Source: a virus
Taxonomy: Duplodnaviria; Caudoviricetes
Virus record (IMG/VR): IMGVR_UViG_3300017747_004125
Location: 1-33,267 of that record
Length of the DNA: 33,267 nt
Reading direction: 5' to 3' (one strand)
Of this stretch, positions 1 to 8,123 are shown one piece after another (position 1 is the first letter of the stretch; each line of letters starts with the position of its first letter). The position numbers and the translations under genes are program-made. The notes beneath the pieces were generated by a model. That model saw nothing but the letters and a program-made list of their open reading frames with translations, was not told the origin of the DNA and did not search any database.

Positions 1-518
1 CGCACCAGAGGCCGCTTAGGAGTAGGCACGCTCACCACACCGCTCTTCTTGCGAGAGGTGCGACGCGTGTAGGCTCCAATGCCTTGGTCATGGTTCTTCG
101 CATAGGACAGGTCGGTGCCGCACTCCACCTTGTTGCCCGTCACCTTCCACCAGTAGTGCGGTGCACCAGGTATGCACATGGCCGGCCAGAGCCGCTCGTG
201 CTGGCCCTTGCTCTTGCTCTGTGGCCGAGCGTTCCAACGCAGGATGCCGCCCGGCTGAATCGTCTTCACACCGAGCGACCACCGCTTGATGGGCAGCCAG
301 TAACGCTGCTCCTGCCGAGTGTAGCCCGGCCACTTAGGACCCGTCGACGCACCCTGCGTTGCGAACATCACCTTGCGGCTCTCAGCCCATGCCTTGGACA
401 TGTCATCGTTAGGACCGCCCCAGAAGTCGACCCACTGCTGGCAGTTACGGATGGCCGTCTCAAGCTGGTAGATGCCAGCATGATGGTTGTCCTTCATGGT
501 TATCTTGAAGCTCTGCAT
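1..518 (-). CDS. Neck/tail-completion protein, Mu gpG / virion morphogenesis-like (partial, runs off the left end; not in the ORF track)
   Basis: My translation from ATG 518 is MQSFKITMKD...MFATQGASTGPKWPGY...VECGTDLSYAKNHDQG...PTPKRPLV, open to base 1. The F..QG...KW, GT...YA..H..G and P.RP motifs are typical of this family, and the gene follows the head-tail adaptor. Confidence 0.7.
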   Translation of the reverse strand, partial: MQSFKITMKDNHHAGIYQLETAIRNCQQWVDFWGGPNDDMSKAWAESRKVMFATQGASTGPKWPGYTRQEQRYWLPIKRWSLGVKTIQPGGILRWNARPQSKSKGQHERLWPAMCIPGAPHYWWKVTGNKVECGTDLSYAKNHDQGIGAYTRRTSRKKSGVVSVPTPKRPLV

Positions 519-520
519 GC

Positions 521-1000
521 CTACATCTTATCGGTGTTGGCATTCACTGCAAGCCGGGAACCGCTGAGGATGGTAGCTGCCGCAATCTGCGTGGGGTAGG
601 TCGCATTCGTGTGCAGGATGTTGGGGCTGTTGATGCCCGTCGGCCGCGCGTTGCCCATGTCGCCCGGCAGCTTGCGCAGGCGCTCCATGAGGTCGTATGC
701 CTGCTTATCCCACTCGTCGGCCGCCGTGTTGCTGTTCTGGTTACGCATGCGAACCACATCAGCAGCGAACTTGAGCAGGATGTAGCGCTGGCACATCCGG
801 TACATGGGTGCCGTCGGCTGCGCATCGAGCCCCTGGACATCAACACCCATGCCCACGAGGAAGCCGTTGAGCTCAGCCGCGTGGTCCGTGATAATCTCAT
901 CGGCCTGCGTCGAGGTCGGCGTGCTGTCAGAGGCAAACGCGACCTTAGGCAGCAACCTGCCGATGTCCGTGCGCACTACGCCAAAGGTAAAGATTGCCAT
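521..1000 (-). CDS. Head-tail adaptor/connector protein (putative)
   Basis: 159-aa helical-looking ORF directly after the capsid gene, with an AAGGAGG RBS; position and size fit gp36/gp6-like adaptors. Confidence 0.65.
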   Translation of the reverse strand: MAIFTFGVVRTDIGRLLPKVAFASDSTPTSTQADEIITDHAAELNGFLVGMGVDVQGLDAQPTAPMYRMCQRYILLKFAADVVRMRNQNSNTAADEWDKQAYDLMERLRKLPGDMGNARPTGINSPNILHTNATYPTQIAAATILSGSRLAVNANTDKM

Positions 1001-1015
1001 GGTGCATGCCTCCTT

Positions 1016-1082
1016 GAGTAGAACTGGGCGGGGGGATGAGCACCCAGCCCTACTCGAGGAGGGCGAGCCGAAGCCCGCCCCC
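1016..1082 (-). terminator. Two GC-rich stem-loops after the capsid gene (attenuator / mRNA processing or stabilising structure)
   Basis: Minus strand reads GGGGGCGGGC-TTCG-GCTCGCCCTCC (cUUCGg loop), then GAGTAGGGCTGGGTG...CGCCCAGTTCTACTC. There is no U-tract. Confidence 0.6.
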
Positions 1083-1092
1083 GTTCAACCGA

Positions 1093-2118
1093 CTACGAGA
1101 GGCCGGTGGCGAGACGGGCCCACTTGTTGGCCGTGCCGCCGAGGACCGTAACGCCGAAGTCGCTCTCGACGTACATGCCGACGCCAGCCGGGTTGTAGGC
1201 CGAGTACGAGAAGAGCTGACCGAGCGCCGCGTTCGGCTCCGGGGTCATGGTCTGCAGGAAGCCGCTGTCGCCGTAGGCCTCGGCAATTTTGAACAAAGCG
1301 ACGTTGCCCGTGGTCATGACGACCGAGCCAGTCTGCGTGGCGATGGTCGGCAGGTACTGGGGCATAATCTTGAGCTCGATGGGCACGAGCAGCTTGCTGC
1401 CGAAGAAGGCAGAGAGCTGGGTCATGTCCGAGGAGCCAGCGCGGTACTGCGCCGAGCCGTCCGACTTGGACGCGATGCCGTAGCCCATCTGGAAGACTTC
1501 ATTCTTCTGCATGAGGATGTTGGCAGTCGCGAGGTTGCAAGCCGCAACCCACTTGCCGCTCTCGAGGTCGCAGCCGTCGGCCGCAGACGCGAGGAGGAGG
1601 TTGTTGAACGTCTTCTGAAGCTGCGCCGCAGCCAGGCCACCGTCGGTGACCGCCGTGTTGGAGCCGTAGTTGCCGGTGTCGTTGAGGGCAGCGCCGACAA
1701 CCGCAGCGTGGAGCTGAGCACCCTGCACCGCGAGCTTCTCAGCGTAGCGAGCCTGGATGTCCTCGCCACGACGCGCGAACTCCTCAATCTGCTTGAGGGT
1801 CAGAATCTGGTGGCCCCAGCGGTAGAGGCTGCTGTTGTAAGCGGCCGAGGTCACGCGAAGACCGCCCGGCATGGCCGGGGTGTCGTAGTTGACAGCCTGC
1901 GGAACCTGGTTGCTCACCTGCGCGCCACCGGCCTGCAGAAGCGCATCGTTCTCAGCGAAGTAGTGATAGTAGCCCTGACGGGTCTCGACCTTCACAACCG
2001 GCGAGAGCTCAGCCGCAACCTTCGAGGCAGAGCCCGTGCGGAAGAGCGAGATGCGCTGCAGAATGCCTGGGCGCAGACCACCGGTATTAACACCAACTGA
2101 CGGGAAAGCATAAGCCAT
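1093..2118 (-). CDS. Major capsid protein (HK97 fold expected)
   Basis: 341 aa, placed after protease/scaffold and decoration genes, GAGG RBS, flanked by hairpins. Call is based on synteny and size. Confidence 0.8.
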   Translation of the reverse strand: MAYAFPSVGVNTGGLRPGILQRISLFRTGSASKVAAELSPVVKVETRQGYYHYFAENDALLQAGGAQVSNQVPQAVNYDTPAMPGGLRVTSAAYNSSLYRWGHQILTLKQIEEFARRGEDIQARYAEKLAVQGAQLHAAVVGAALNDTGNYGSNTAVTDGGLAAAQLQKTFNNLLLASAADGCDLESGKWVAACNLATANILMQKNEVFQMGYGIASKSDGSAQYRAGSSDMTQLSAFFGSKLLVPIELKIMPQYLPTIATQTGSVVMTTGNVALFKIAEAYGDSGFLQTMTPEPNAALGQLFSYSAYNPAGVGMYVESDFGVTVLGGTANKWARLATGLS

Positions 2119-2161
2119 GACTGAACCTCAAGGTAGCGCACCCTCGGTGGGTGCAGTGTGG

Positions 2162-2617
2162 TTAGGGTGCGATGTACTGAATGATGGCCGGCTGAAACCG
2201 CATGAGGCACTGCTCGTTGGAGTCAGCGTCCGTCAGGGCATAGCCCCAAATCCAATCGTTGGCCGCAAGGATGATGTTGCCAGAGTCCGTGAAGCTGCCG
2301 TCTGCGTCACCAGAGTCGATGACCAGTGCGGCACCTGCAGTCACACCACCGTTGCCGCTGATGAGAACCTGAACAACGCAGCCGAGCTGGTCCACGAGCT
2401 CGAGAGCCGCGTCACCGATGGCCGAGGGGTAGGTGCCAGGAGTCAGGCTGTCCGTGCCCGTCACCACCACACCATACGGCACGGCCGTCGTAGTGGTCGC
2501 AACCGCCACCGCGTTGGCCGCGCTGAGGTACAGACCGCAACCTTCCTTGCTGGTGAGGTCTTCACCAATCAGGTTGATGATGTTCGGAGTCTTGTATGTG
2601 GTGGGGCCGAGAGCCAT
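2162..2617 (-). CDS. Capsid decoration/cement protein, copy 2 (DUF2190-like)
   Basis: Gly/Ala/Thr-rich, beta-type 151-aa protein between scaffold and capsid genes; clear paralog of 2621-3040. Confidence 0.7.
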   Translation of the reverse strand: MALGPTTYKTPNIINLIGEDLTSKEGCGLYLSAANAVAVATTTTAVPYGVVVTGTDSLTPGTYPSAIGDAALELVDQLGCVVQVLISGNGGVTAGAALVIDSGDADGSFTDSGNIILAANDWIWGYALTDADSNEQCLMRFQPAIIQYIAP

Positions 2618-2620
2618 GGC

Positions 2621-3040
2621 TTAGACCTGCTTGATGTACGGCGCGAAGCGGCCGAGGAACTGACCACCGGCAGGAGCGGCCGTGAGAGCGTAGCCCCACA
2701 CCCACTCGCCAACCGTGCCAGCAGCGGCAATGAACTGGCCAGAGCCGTTGACCTGGAGCGAGTCGCCAACCGCAATCGCGCCCGCACCAGCCTGAAGCTG
2801 GATGACCGCGCCGTAGGCATCAACAATCTCGAGCGCGCCGGCAGCAACCTGACCAGCGCCACCGTTGATTGAGTTGGCTCCGACAACGACGACGCCGTAG
2901 GGGAGCTCCGTCTGCACGGTCGAGAGACCGATGGTGCCCTGAGCCGTGAGCGTCACGCCACAACCCTCGCTGCCAGACAGGTCAGCGGTGATGAACGTGA
3001 TTTGATTGGGGGTCTTGTAAGTAAGAGGTCCGAGAGCCAT
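2621..3040 (-). CDS. Capsid decoration/cement protein, copy 1 (DUF2190-like)
   Basis: 139 aa with an AAGGAG RBS; shares MALGP.TYKTPN, EGCG, PYGVVV.G and W.WGYALT with its neighbour. Confidence 0.7.
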   Translation of the reverse strand: MALGPLTYKTPNQITFITADLSGSEGCGVTLTAQGTIGLSTVQTELPYGVVVVGANSINGGAGQVAAGALEIVDAYGAVIQLQAGAGAIAVGDSLQVNGSGQFIAAAGTVGEWVWGYALTAAPAGGQFLGRFAPYIKQV

Positions 3041-3077
3041 GGTCTGTCTCCTTGCCCGTCAAAGGGCGGTTGGTTGC

Positions 3078-3770
3078 TTAGTTGCCGCGCGTGGACTTGA
3101 GCTCAAGAACCGCGTCGGGGGTCTTGCCGAAGGACAGCCAGGAGGCCGCGAGGCCGACCGAGATGCTCTCCTTGTTGGCGAGCTGCGTGATGAGCGACCA
3201 CTGGTCGTCGTCCGACAGGTCAGCGAAGTGCTTGCTGCCCGGCTTGAGAGCCTCAGAGAGCGAAGCCTCGCGCGAGCCAACGCCAACCGGCGCAACCGTG
3301 CGGGGGGCAGGTGCCGACTTCACAGAGGTGGCCGGCGCGATGTCAGCGAGCAGAGCCTCGAACTTGCCCTTGCCGGCAACGAAGGCGTTGGCAAGCATCG
3401 TCTCGGTGGCCGAGCTGACCTTGCGGTTGCCGAGAGCCGAGCGAACGTGAGCGAGCGCAGCCGTGCGCTTGGCAACGGCCAGCTCACGCTTGAGCTTGAG
3501 GACCTCCGACAGAAGAGCCTCATCGTCCTTGGGCTCCTCCTCCTTGACCTCTTCCTTGACCTCTTCAACCGCCTCCTCGATGCCCTTCGCCTTCTCGAGC
3601 TCAGCGATAGCCGCAGCCTCGATGGCCTCGGCCTCCTCGTTGAGGTCCGGGTTGGCAGCATGCGCCTCAGCGTGAAGAGCCGGGAACAGCTTCGCAATCA
3701 GGGCCTCGGTCGCCGCAGCGTCAAAGCCAAGCTCGGCACAGTAGGCAGCGCAATCTTCCTTGGTCATCAT
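3078..3770 (-). CDS. Scaffold protein from an in-frame internal start (Mu Z-like, predicted)
   Basis: In-frame ATGATG at 3770, preceded by GAGGGTGAG, sits at the protease/scaffold boundary. Confidence 0.5.
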   Translation of the reverse strand: MMTKEDCAAYCAELGFDAAATEALIAKLFPALHAEAHAANPDLNEEAEAIEAAAIAELEKAKGIEEAVEEVKEEVKEEEPKDDEALLSEVLKLKRELAVAKRTAALAHVRSALGNRKVSSATETMLANAFVAGKGKFEALLADIAPATSVKSAPAPRTVAPVGVGSREASLSEALKPGSKHFADLSDDDQWSLITQLANKESISVGLAASWLSFGKTPDAVLELKSTRGN

Positions 3771-4331
3771 GTACTCACCCTCAGATAGAGATACCCCGCG
3801 CATGTCTGCGACTGGCACCTGTTGTGACTTGATTTGCGGGATGGTCACGAAGGAGACCTCGCCAATGGCGAACGGGTAGCTCGGTGACTCATCAAGCTCG
3901 GTGCCTGCCCATGCACGGATGTTGGGCGAGACGTAGGGCACCTCACCGGCATCGAACGCTGCGGCCCACTTGGGGCTCGTGATGTCGAGGCCACCATAGA
4001 CCATCCGGCGGCTCGGCTGCTTGATGCCATGCCGCGCTGCCTCGTCCTTGGTCAGCACCACGATGCGGCGCAGATAGCCCGCGGCCGTTCCGTCCTTGGT
4101 GTGCTCGACCGCAATCGGAGGCGCGAAGTCAGAGAGCCAACGCTCGAGCGAGGCAACCGCATCATCGAAGTTGAAGCGCAGGTTTTCAGCGTCGGTCTCG
4201 GCCGCATCGAAACGCCAGGTAGTGCCGTGAGCGTTGATGGTGCCCTCGGGCAACAGAGAGACCCAGCGAAGCCCGGTGTCGTCACCGAGGTTCACGGTCT
4301 GCGTGCGAAGTTTGAGCCGGCTAGTGCGCAT
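3078..4331 (-). CDS. Prohead protease (Mu gpI-like) fused to scaffold
   Basis: N-terminal WVSLLPEG, PIAVEH, AAGYL, YVSPNI and EVSFVTIP resemble Mu-type I proteases; the C-terminal half is an acidic/helical scaffold-like region. Confidence 0.75.
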   Translation of the reverse strand: MRTSRLKLRTQTVNLGDDTGLRWVSLLPEGTINAHGTTWRFDAAETDAENLRFNFDDAVASLERWLSDFAPPIAVEHTKDGTAAGYLRRIVVLTKDEAARHGIKQPSRRMVYGGLDITSPKWAAAFDAGEVPYVSPNIRAWAGTELDESPSYPFAIGEVSFVTIPQIKSQQVPVADMRGVSLSEGEYMMTKEDCAAYCAELGFDAAATEALIAKLFPALHAEAHAANPDLNEEAEAIEAAAIAELEKAKGIEEAVEEVKEEVKEEEPKDDEALLSEVLKLKRELAVAKRTAALAHVRSALGNRKVSSATETMLANAFVAGKGKFEALLADIAPATSVKSAPAPRTVAPVGVGSREASLSEALKPGSKHFADLSDDDQWSLITQLANKESISVGLAASWLSFGKTPDAVLELKSTRGN

Positions 4332-4447
4332 GCCCCCCTCTTTGCACCGTACCGCGCGCCACTTCTAGCCCCTTGCAGTGCGTTGCCGCTGTGCTATTGC
4401 AGCGACCGCTGCGCTAGTGCGGCACCATCGAACGGGGCGGTATTCTT

Positions 4448-4702
4448 TTGGCTACTCTCACACGTCGACAGCGCATGGTCCTTGATGCCCTGCTCATCTG
4501 CCACCGAAAGCCGAGCATGCACCCCTCGCCTCGGTGGATTGCCAACCACATCGAGCACTGGGGCGAGAAGGCCGTCAGAGCCGACATCGCCAACCTTATC
4601 GCCCTTGGACTAATCGAGGATGTCGAGGTTGGCACTGGCTCCTCTCCCAGCAAGTACCGACTCCACCAGTGCGACTGCACCTACTGTAAGAGGCCCTCAT
4701 GA
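4448..4702 (+). CDS. Small winged-helix DNA-binding protein (LexA N-terminal-like) with C-terminal Cys cluster
   Basis: LTRRQRMVLDAL...HPSPRWIA...AVRADIANLIALGLI fits the LexA-type wHTH pattern; ends HQCDCTYC; TTG start. Confidence 0.6.
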   Translation: MATLTRRQRMVLDALLICHRKPSMHPSPRWIANHIEHWGEKAVRADIANLIALGLIEDVEVGTGSSPSKYRLHQCDCTYCKRPS

Positions 4703-4908
4703 ATGATGCTTTCAAGTCCTGGCACATCCCCCTCTCAGCCGAGGCCAAGGCCGAAGCCATCAAGCGCATCACAGAGCGGCACCAGCTCCTCCTCGAGGTC
4801 GGCCCTGTCGCCTTCGCTGCACTCGGCAGGTCCGACTTCAACCGCATCAAGGAGGTCGCTGTGCTGCATCGCGGGCAGTTCGTGCCCTCGCGAGACTACC
4901 TCGAGTAG
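4699..4908 (+). CDS. Hypothetical protein
   Basis: ATGA overlap with the upstream wHTH gene; 69 aa; fills the gap up to the portal stop codon. Confidence 0.5.
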   Translation: MNDAFKSWHIPLSAEAKAEAIKRITERHQLLLEVGPVAFAALGRSDFNRIKEVAVLHRGQFVPSRDYLE

Positions 4909-7900
4909 ATGGCGAACCAGCCGCACCGGCACCGGCCCGCACCGCCTAGGCAGTTGGGGTCCGGCAGCGGGGGCAGGTTCAATGACGACTTGTCTGCGCT
5001 GATGTAGTCAGACACCCGCACTCGCTCGCCCGTGTCGGCAGCTTTGCAGACAGAGCAACGCTTGCCGTCAGGGATGCTCGACCGAACCACAAACGTCGGC
5101 ACCGCACCCACCGCCGCAGGGGCCTGTGCATACGTCGCCGTCCGTGCAGCCGCCTCTACCATGTTCCGGCTGTCTCGAGCCGAGTCGAGCAGCCCCAGTG
5201 GCGTGATGCGGCTCACCCATGTCGCTGCGTCGGCACCAGCAAGCAGCGCGTTCTCCACCTCGGTCTGCACACGGTTGGCAATCGTCTCGGCCGCCGTCTG
5301 CGTCATCGCTGCCGCCTGTGCGAACTGCTGCGAAGATGCGTTGGCCAGAGCCGCCGTGCCAGCTTGCACCGCCTCGGCAGACATCGTGTTCACCGGCGCA
5401 TCGGGCAGTGACCGCTTGGCCTCGTCCAGGACATCGGACTGCACCGACGCGCGAAGCAGAGCCGCGTTGCTCGACAGGCTCTTGCTGTAGAGGTCGAGGT
5501 AGAAGAAGTAGATGCGGTCGCGCTCGCCCGCCTGCCACCCGTTCTTGAGGGCCTCCTTGACCGCGCCTCTGTGAGCCGACGCAATCGCCTCGATGCTCAT
5601 CATCAGCTTCTCGTCGAGGTCCTGCCGCTGGTCAGCAAGGTCAACCCAGCCGACTACCTGCTCCTCTGGCCGCAGCTCGCGAGGGGCCAAGAACTCCTTG
5701 CCGTTCGCGTCGACTACAAGGACCCCTTCCCCTTCCCCGTCTGCAAGGTCGCCGTGGCTCTCACCGCAGCTGCAGCCCTCGTTGAGCCGGGCAGCGCGGT
5801 GGTGGGCAGCCGAGGCATAAGCCATCATCAGACCGCGCACCCACTGCTTGCATGCCTCGCCGCCTCGCAGCTGGTACGAGTGCCACGACGCACCCTTGTC
5901 GGCAAACGACTTGGTGCCAGACAGACGCGGCAGGTTGCTGCTGAACCACTCGGCCAGCTTCACCACCCGGTTCCATGCCAGGCGCTTGCCGGCCGCGAGG
6001 TCACGAGCCATCAGCAGCGCCTCGGTGTCGGAGGTCTTGCCCTTGCTCACAGACCGATGCGCCTCGAGGGCCTCGGCCGCTGCCTTCTTCACCGAGTCAG
6101 GCACGACCACATCGGGGTGTTCCCCGAGAGTCGCCGCGAGACTGGATGCCGAGGCCCGCTCGAGCTCGGCCACCTTCCGCTCGGCCCATGCCGCGCCGGC
6201 GTAACCTCCCCAAAGGTCCCAAGCGATGCGACCCGCCGAGGGGAACCCGTCCTCGCCCTGGCCGAACCCGTCCGCCTTCGCGTCCGAGGCGTGCCGGGTG
6301 AAGTAGGCCTTCATTCGACGCACCGTGTCGGCCGACAGGTTCTTGCGGTTGCTGATGTCGCGAGCCCGAGCCACGCCAACCTCGGTGCCGCCTCGGCCGT
6401 GCTCACGACGCCACTCGAGCGCGCGAGCTGCAGCCTCGACCATCCCCGCCGTCGGCTTGAGGTCAACATCGGACTCGGCCATCAGAGCGTCGGCAGGCTG
6501 CGTCGAGGCAGGCGCAAAGGCAGGGCTCTCACCGATGACCGCAGGCACCTCGATGTTCTCGCTAACCTTGACCTGCGGCACTGCGTCGGCTGCCGTCTGG
6601 GGCGAGGCAGGAGCAACAACCGAGGATTGCTCGGCAGTTGAGCCAGTAGGTGCAACATTTGCACTAACTGCCGCATCCACCGGCTTTGGCATCGCGAGCT
6701 GCGCAGCAATCATCGAGTCGGCCGTCGTGCGGCTCATGCCTGCAGACACCAGCAGAAGCGCAGCCGCCTCGGGTGCCAGCGGCGCAGGGTTGGTCGGGCT
6801 AGCCGTAAGCATGCCGAGCACCTGCTGCGCAATCTGAAGCGAGCCGACAAGCAGCGGCGCAGGCGTCTCGGCATCGACCTCAACCCCTTCCTGCACCGGC
6901 AGCTCAGGCGCTCCGATGACCTTGCGGGCCCAAGCCTCATCGCCCGGACCGCGCGTGATGAGACCCGCCTGGACACCTTGAACGTAGGCTGCCCAACCGT
7001 CCATGCCCGTCGTCATCTCGGCCGACTGCACCTGCACCCGCGGCAGCTTGCCAGTGTACCCTACGTCCTTGGCCAGCCACGCGAACATGCCGCGCGAGGA
7101 GCGGTCGAAGACGTTGTTGAGCCACGCCTTGGCCTTGCGACCCGCTGCCCCGTCGAGCGTCTCGGCCATGGCACGAGAGCCGAACTGCGCAATGCCGGCA
7201 AGCGGCGCGTTGAGCTTCTTCTCAATCTGACGGTCCCAGTACTCGAGCTGCTCGATGACAGCCGGTGCCGTGCCAGAGGGGTAGCGCATCTCAATGTCCA
7301 CCTGCTTCGGCCGCAGGAGGTACTTGCGCTGACCATCTTGGAACTGCTGGCCGAACGTGTTGAAAGCCTCGATGTCATCCTCGGTGACCGAAGGCTCGTA
7401 GGCAATGTCCAGGAAGCCCCACGAGAGCTGGTTGTAGATGCCCGCGTTGATGGCAATCTGCTTCCAAAGCTCGAACGGCTGCAGGCAGTCACGCAGCATC
7501 GACCGGCCTTCAAATTCCATCGAGCCAGCCGTGCCGTGGACAACGTGCACGAGCTGGTCAGCATCGAGGTCATCGTAGCCGTTCGGGGTCGAGAACCGAG
7601 CACCGCCGAACAAGTGCCCGTTCGGACGCCACAGCATGACCGCATTGTGCGCGACTGGGTACCACTCAATCTGCGTATCGTTGAGCCGGCGAGGGAACAT
7701 CAAGCCAAAGCCCATGAAGGCATCAAGCAGCGGGTAGGCCCACAAGGCAGAGCCACCTTCAATCATGCCCTCGTAGACAACCGCGTCCTCGATGGTGGCC
7801 GCTCGGCACAGGTCCATGAAGGCCAGCTCTTCTGCGCCTGGCTGCCGGTGGTGCGTCCAAACCACCTCCTTGGGCAGAGCCGAGCCCTCGTTGATTGCCC

Positions 7901-8123
7901 AGTACACAGCAGCCGCAATGCCAACGTGCGTCTGCATCATCTTCTGGTACTTGCCCGGTAGACCGCCAACGCCACGGCGGTCCATGGGCAGGAATGTCAG
8001 ATTAGGGTCGGCATCGGGCAGACCGCCTCGAGCGTTACGCGCTCCCGACATGTTCACGCGGGCTGCCGCCTGCGCTGCCGTCATCGGAATCGTGCCGTTG
8101 TTGCTCACTACCGGCCTCACCAT
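4896..8123 (-). CDS. Portal protein fused to two repeats of an unknown domain and a MuF-like head morphogenesis C-terminus
   Basis: Follows terL with overlap. About the first 410 aa are portal-like (GFGLMF, LVHVVHG...FEGRSMLRDC, IAQFGSRAMAET, DEAWARKVIGAP). The C-terminus SSIPDGKRCSVC...PDPNCLGGAGRCRC matches the MuF/SPP1 gp7 Cys motif. Confidence 0.8.
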   Translation of the reverse strand: MVRPVVSNNGTIPMTAAQAAARVNMSGARNARGGLPDADPNLTFLPMDRRGVGGLPGKYQKMMQTHVGIAAAVYWAINEGSALPKEVVWTHHRQPGAEELAFMDLCRAATIEDAVVYEGMIEGGSALWAYPLLDAFMGFGLMFPRRLNDTQIEWYPVAHNAVMLWRPNGHLFGGARFSTPNGYDDLDADQLVHVVHGTAGSMEFEGRSMLRDCLQPFELWKQIAINAGIYNQLSWGFLDIAYEPSVTEDDIEAFNTFGQQFQDGQRKYLLRPKQVDIEMRYPSGTAPAVIEQLEYWDRQIEKKLNAPLAGIAQFGSRAMAETLDGAAGRKAKAWLNNVFDRSSRGMFAWLAKDVGYTGKLPRVQVQSAEMTTGMDGWAAYVQGVQAGLITRGPGDEAWARKVIGAPELPVQEGVEVDAETPAPLLVGSLQIAQQVLGMLTASPTNPAPLAPEAAALLLVSAGMSRTTADSMIAAQLAMPKPVDAAVSANVAPTGSTAEQSSVVAPASPQTAADAVPQVKVSENIEVPAVIGESPAFAPASTQPADALMAESDVDLKPTAGMVEAAARALEWRREHGRGGTEVGVARARDISNRKNLSADTVRRMKAYFTRHASDAKADGFGQGEDGFPSAGRIAWDLWGGYAGAAWAERKVAELERASASSLAATLGEHPDVVVPDSVKKAAAEALEAHRSVSKGKTSDTEALLMARDLAAGKRLAWNRVVKLAEWFSSNLPRLSGTKSFADKGASWHSYQLRGGEACKQWVRGLMMAYASAAHHRAARLNEGCSCGESHGDLADGEGEGVLVVDANGKEFLAPRELRPEEQVVGWVDLADQRQDLDEKLMMSIEAIASAHRGAVKEALKNGWQAGERDRIYFFYLDLYSKSLSSNAALLRASVQSDVLDEAKRSLPDAPVNTMSAEAVQAGTAALANASSQQFAQAAAMTQTAAETIANRVQTEVENALLAGADAATWVSRITPLGLLDSARDSRNMVEAAARTATYAQAPAAVGAVPTFVVRSSIPDGKRCSVCKAADTGERVRVSDYISADKSSLNLPPLPDPNCLGGAGRCRCGWFAIYSR
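5820..6470 (-). repeat. Tandem diverged ~100-aa domain duplication inside the portal ORF
   Basis: Copy 1 is AAARALE..ARDISNRKNLS..MKAYFTRH..AWDLWGGYAGAAW; copy 2 is AAAEALE..ARDLAAGKRLA..LAEWFSSN..SYQLRGGEACKQW. Confidence 0.75.
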
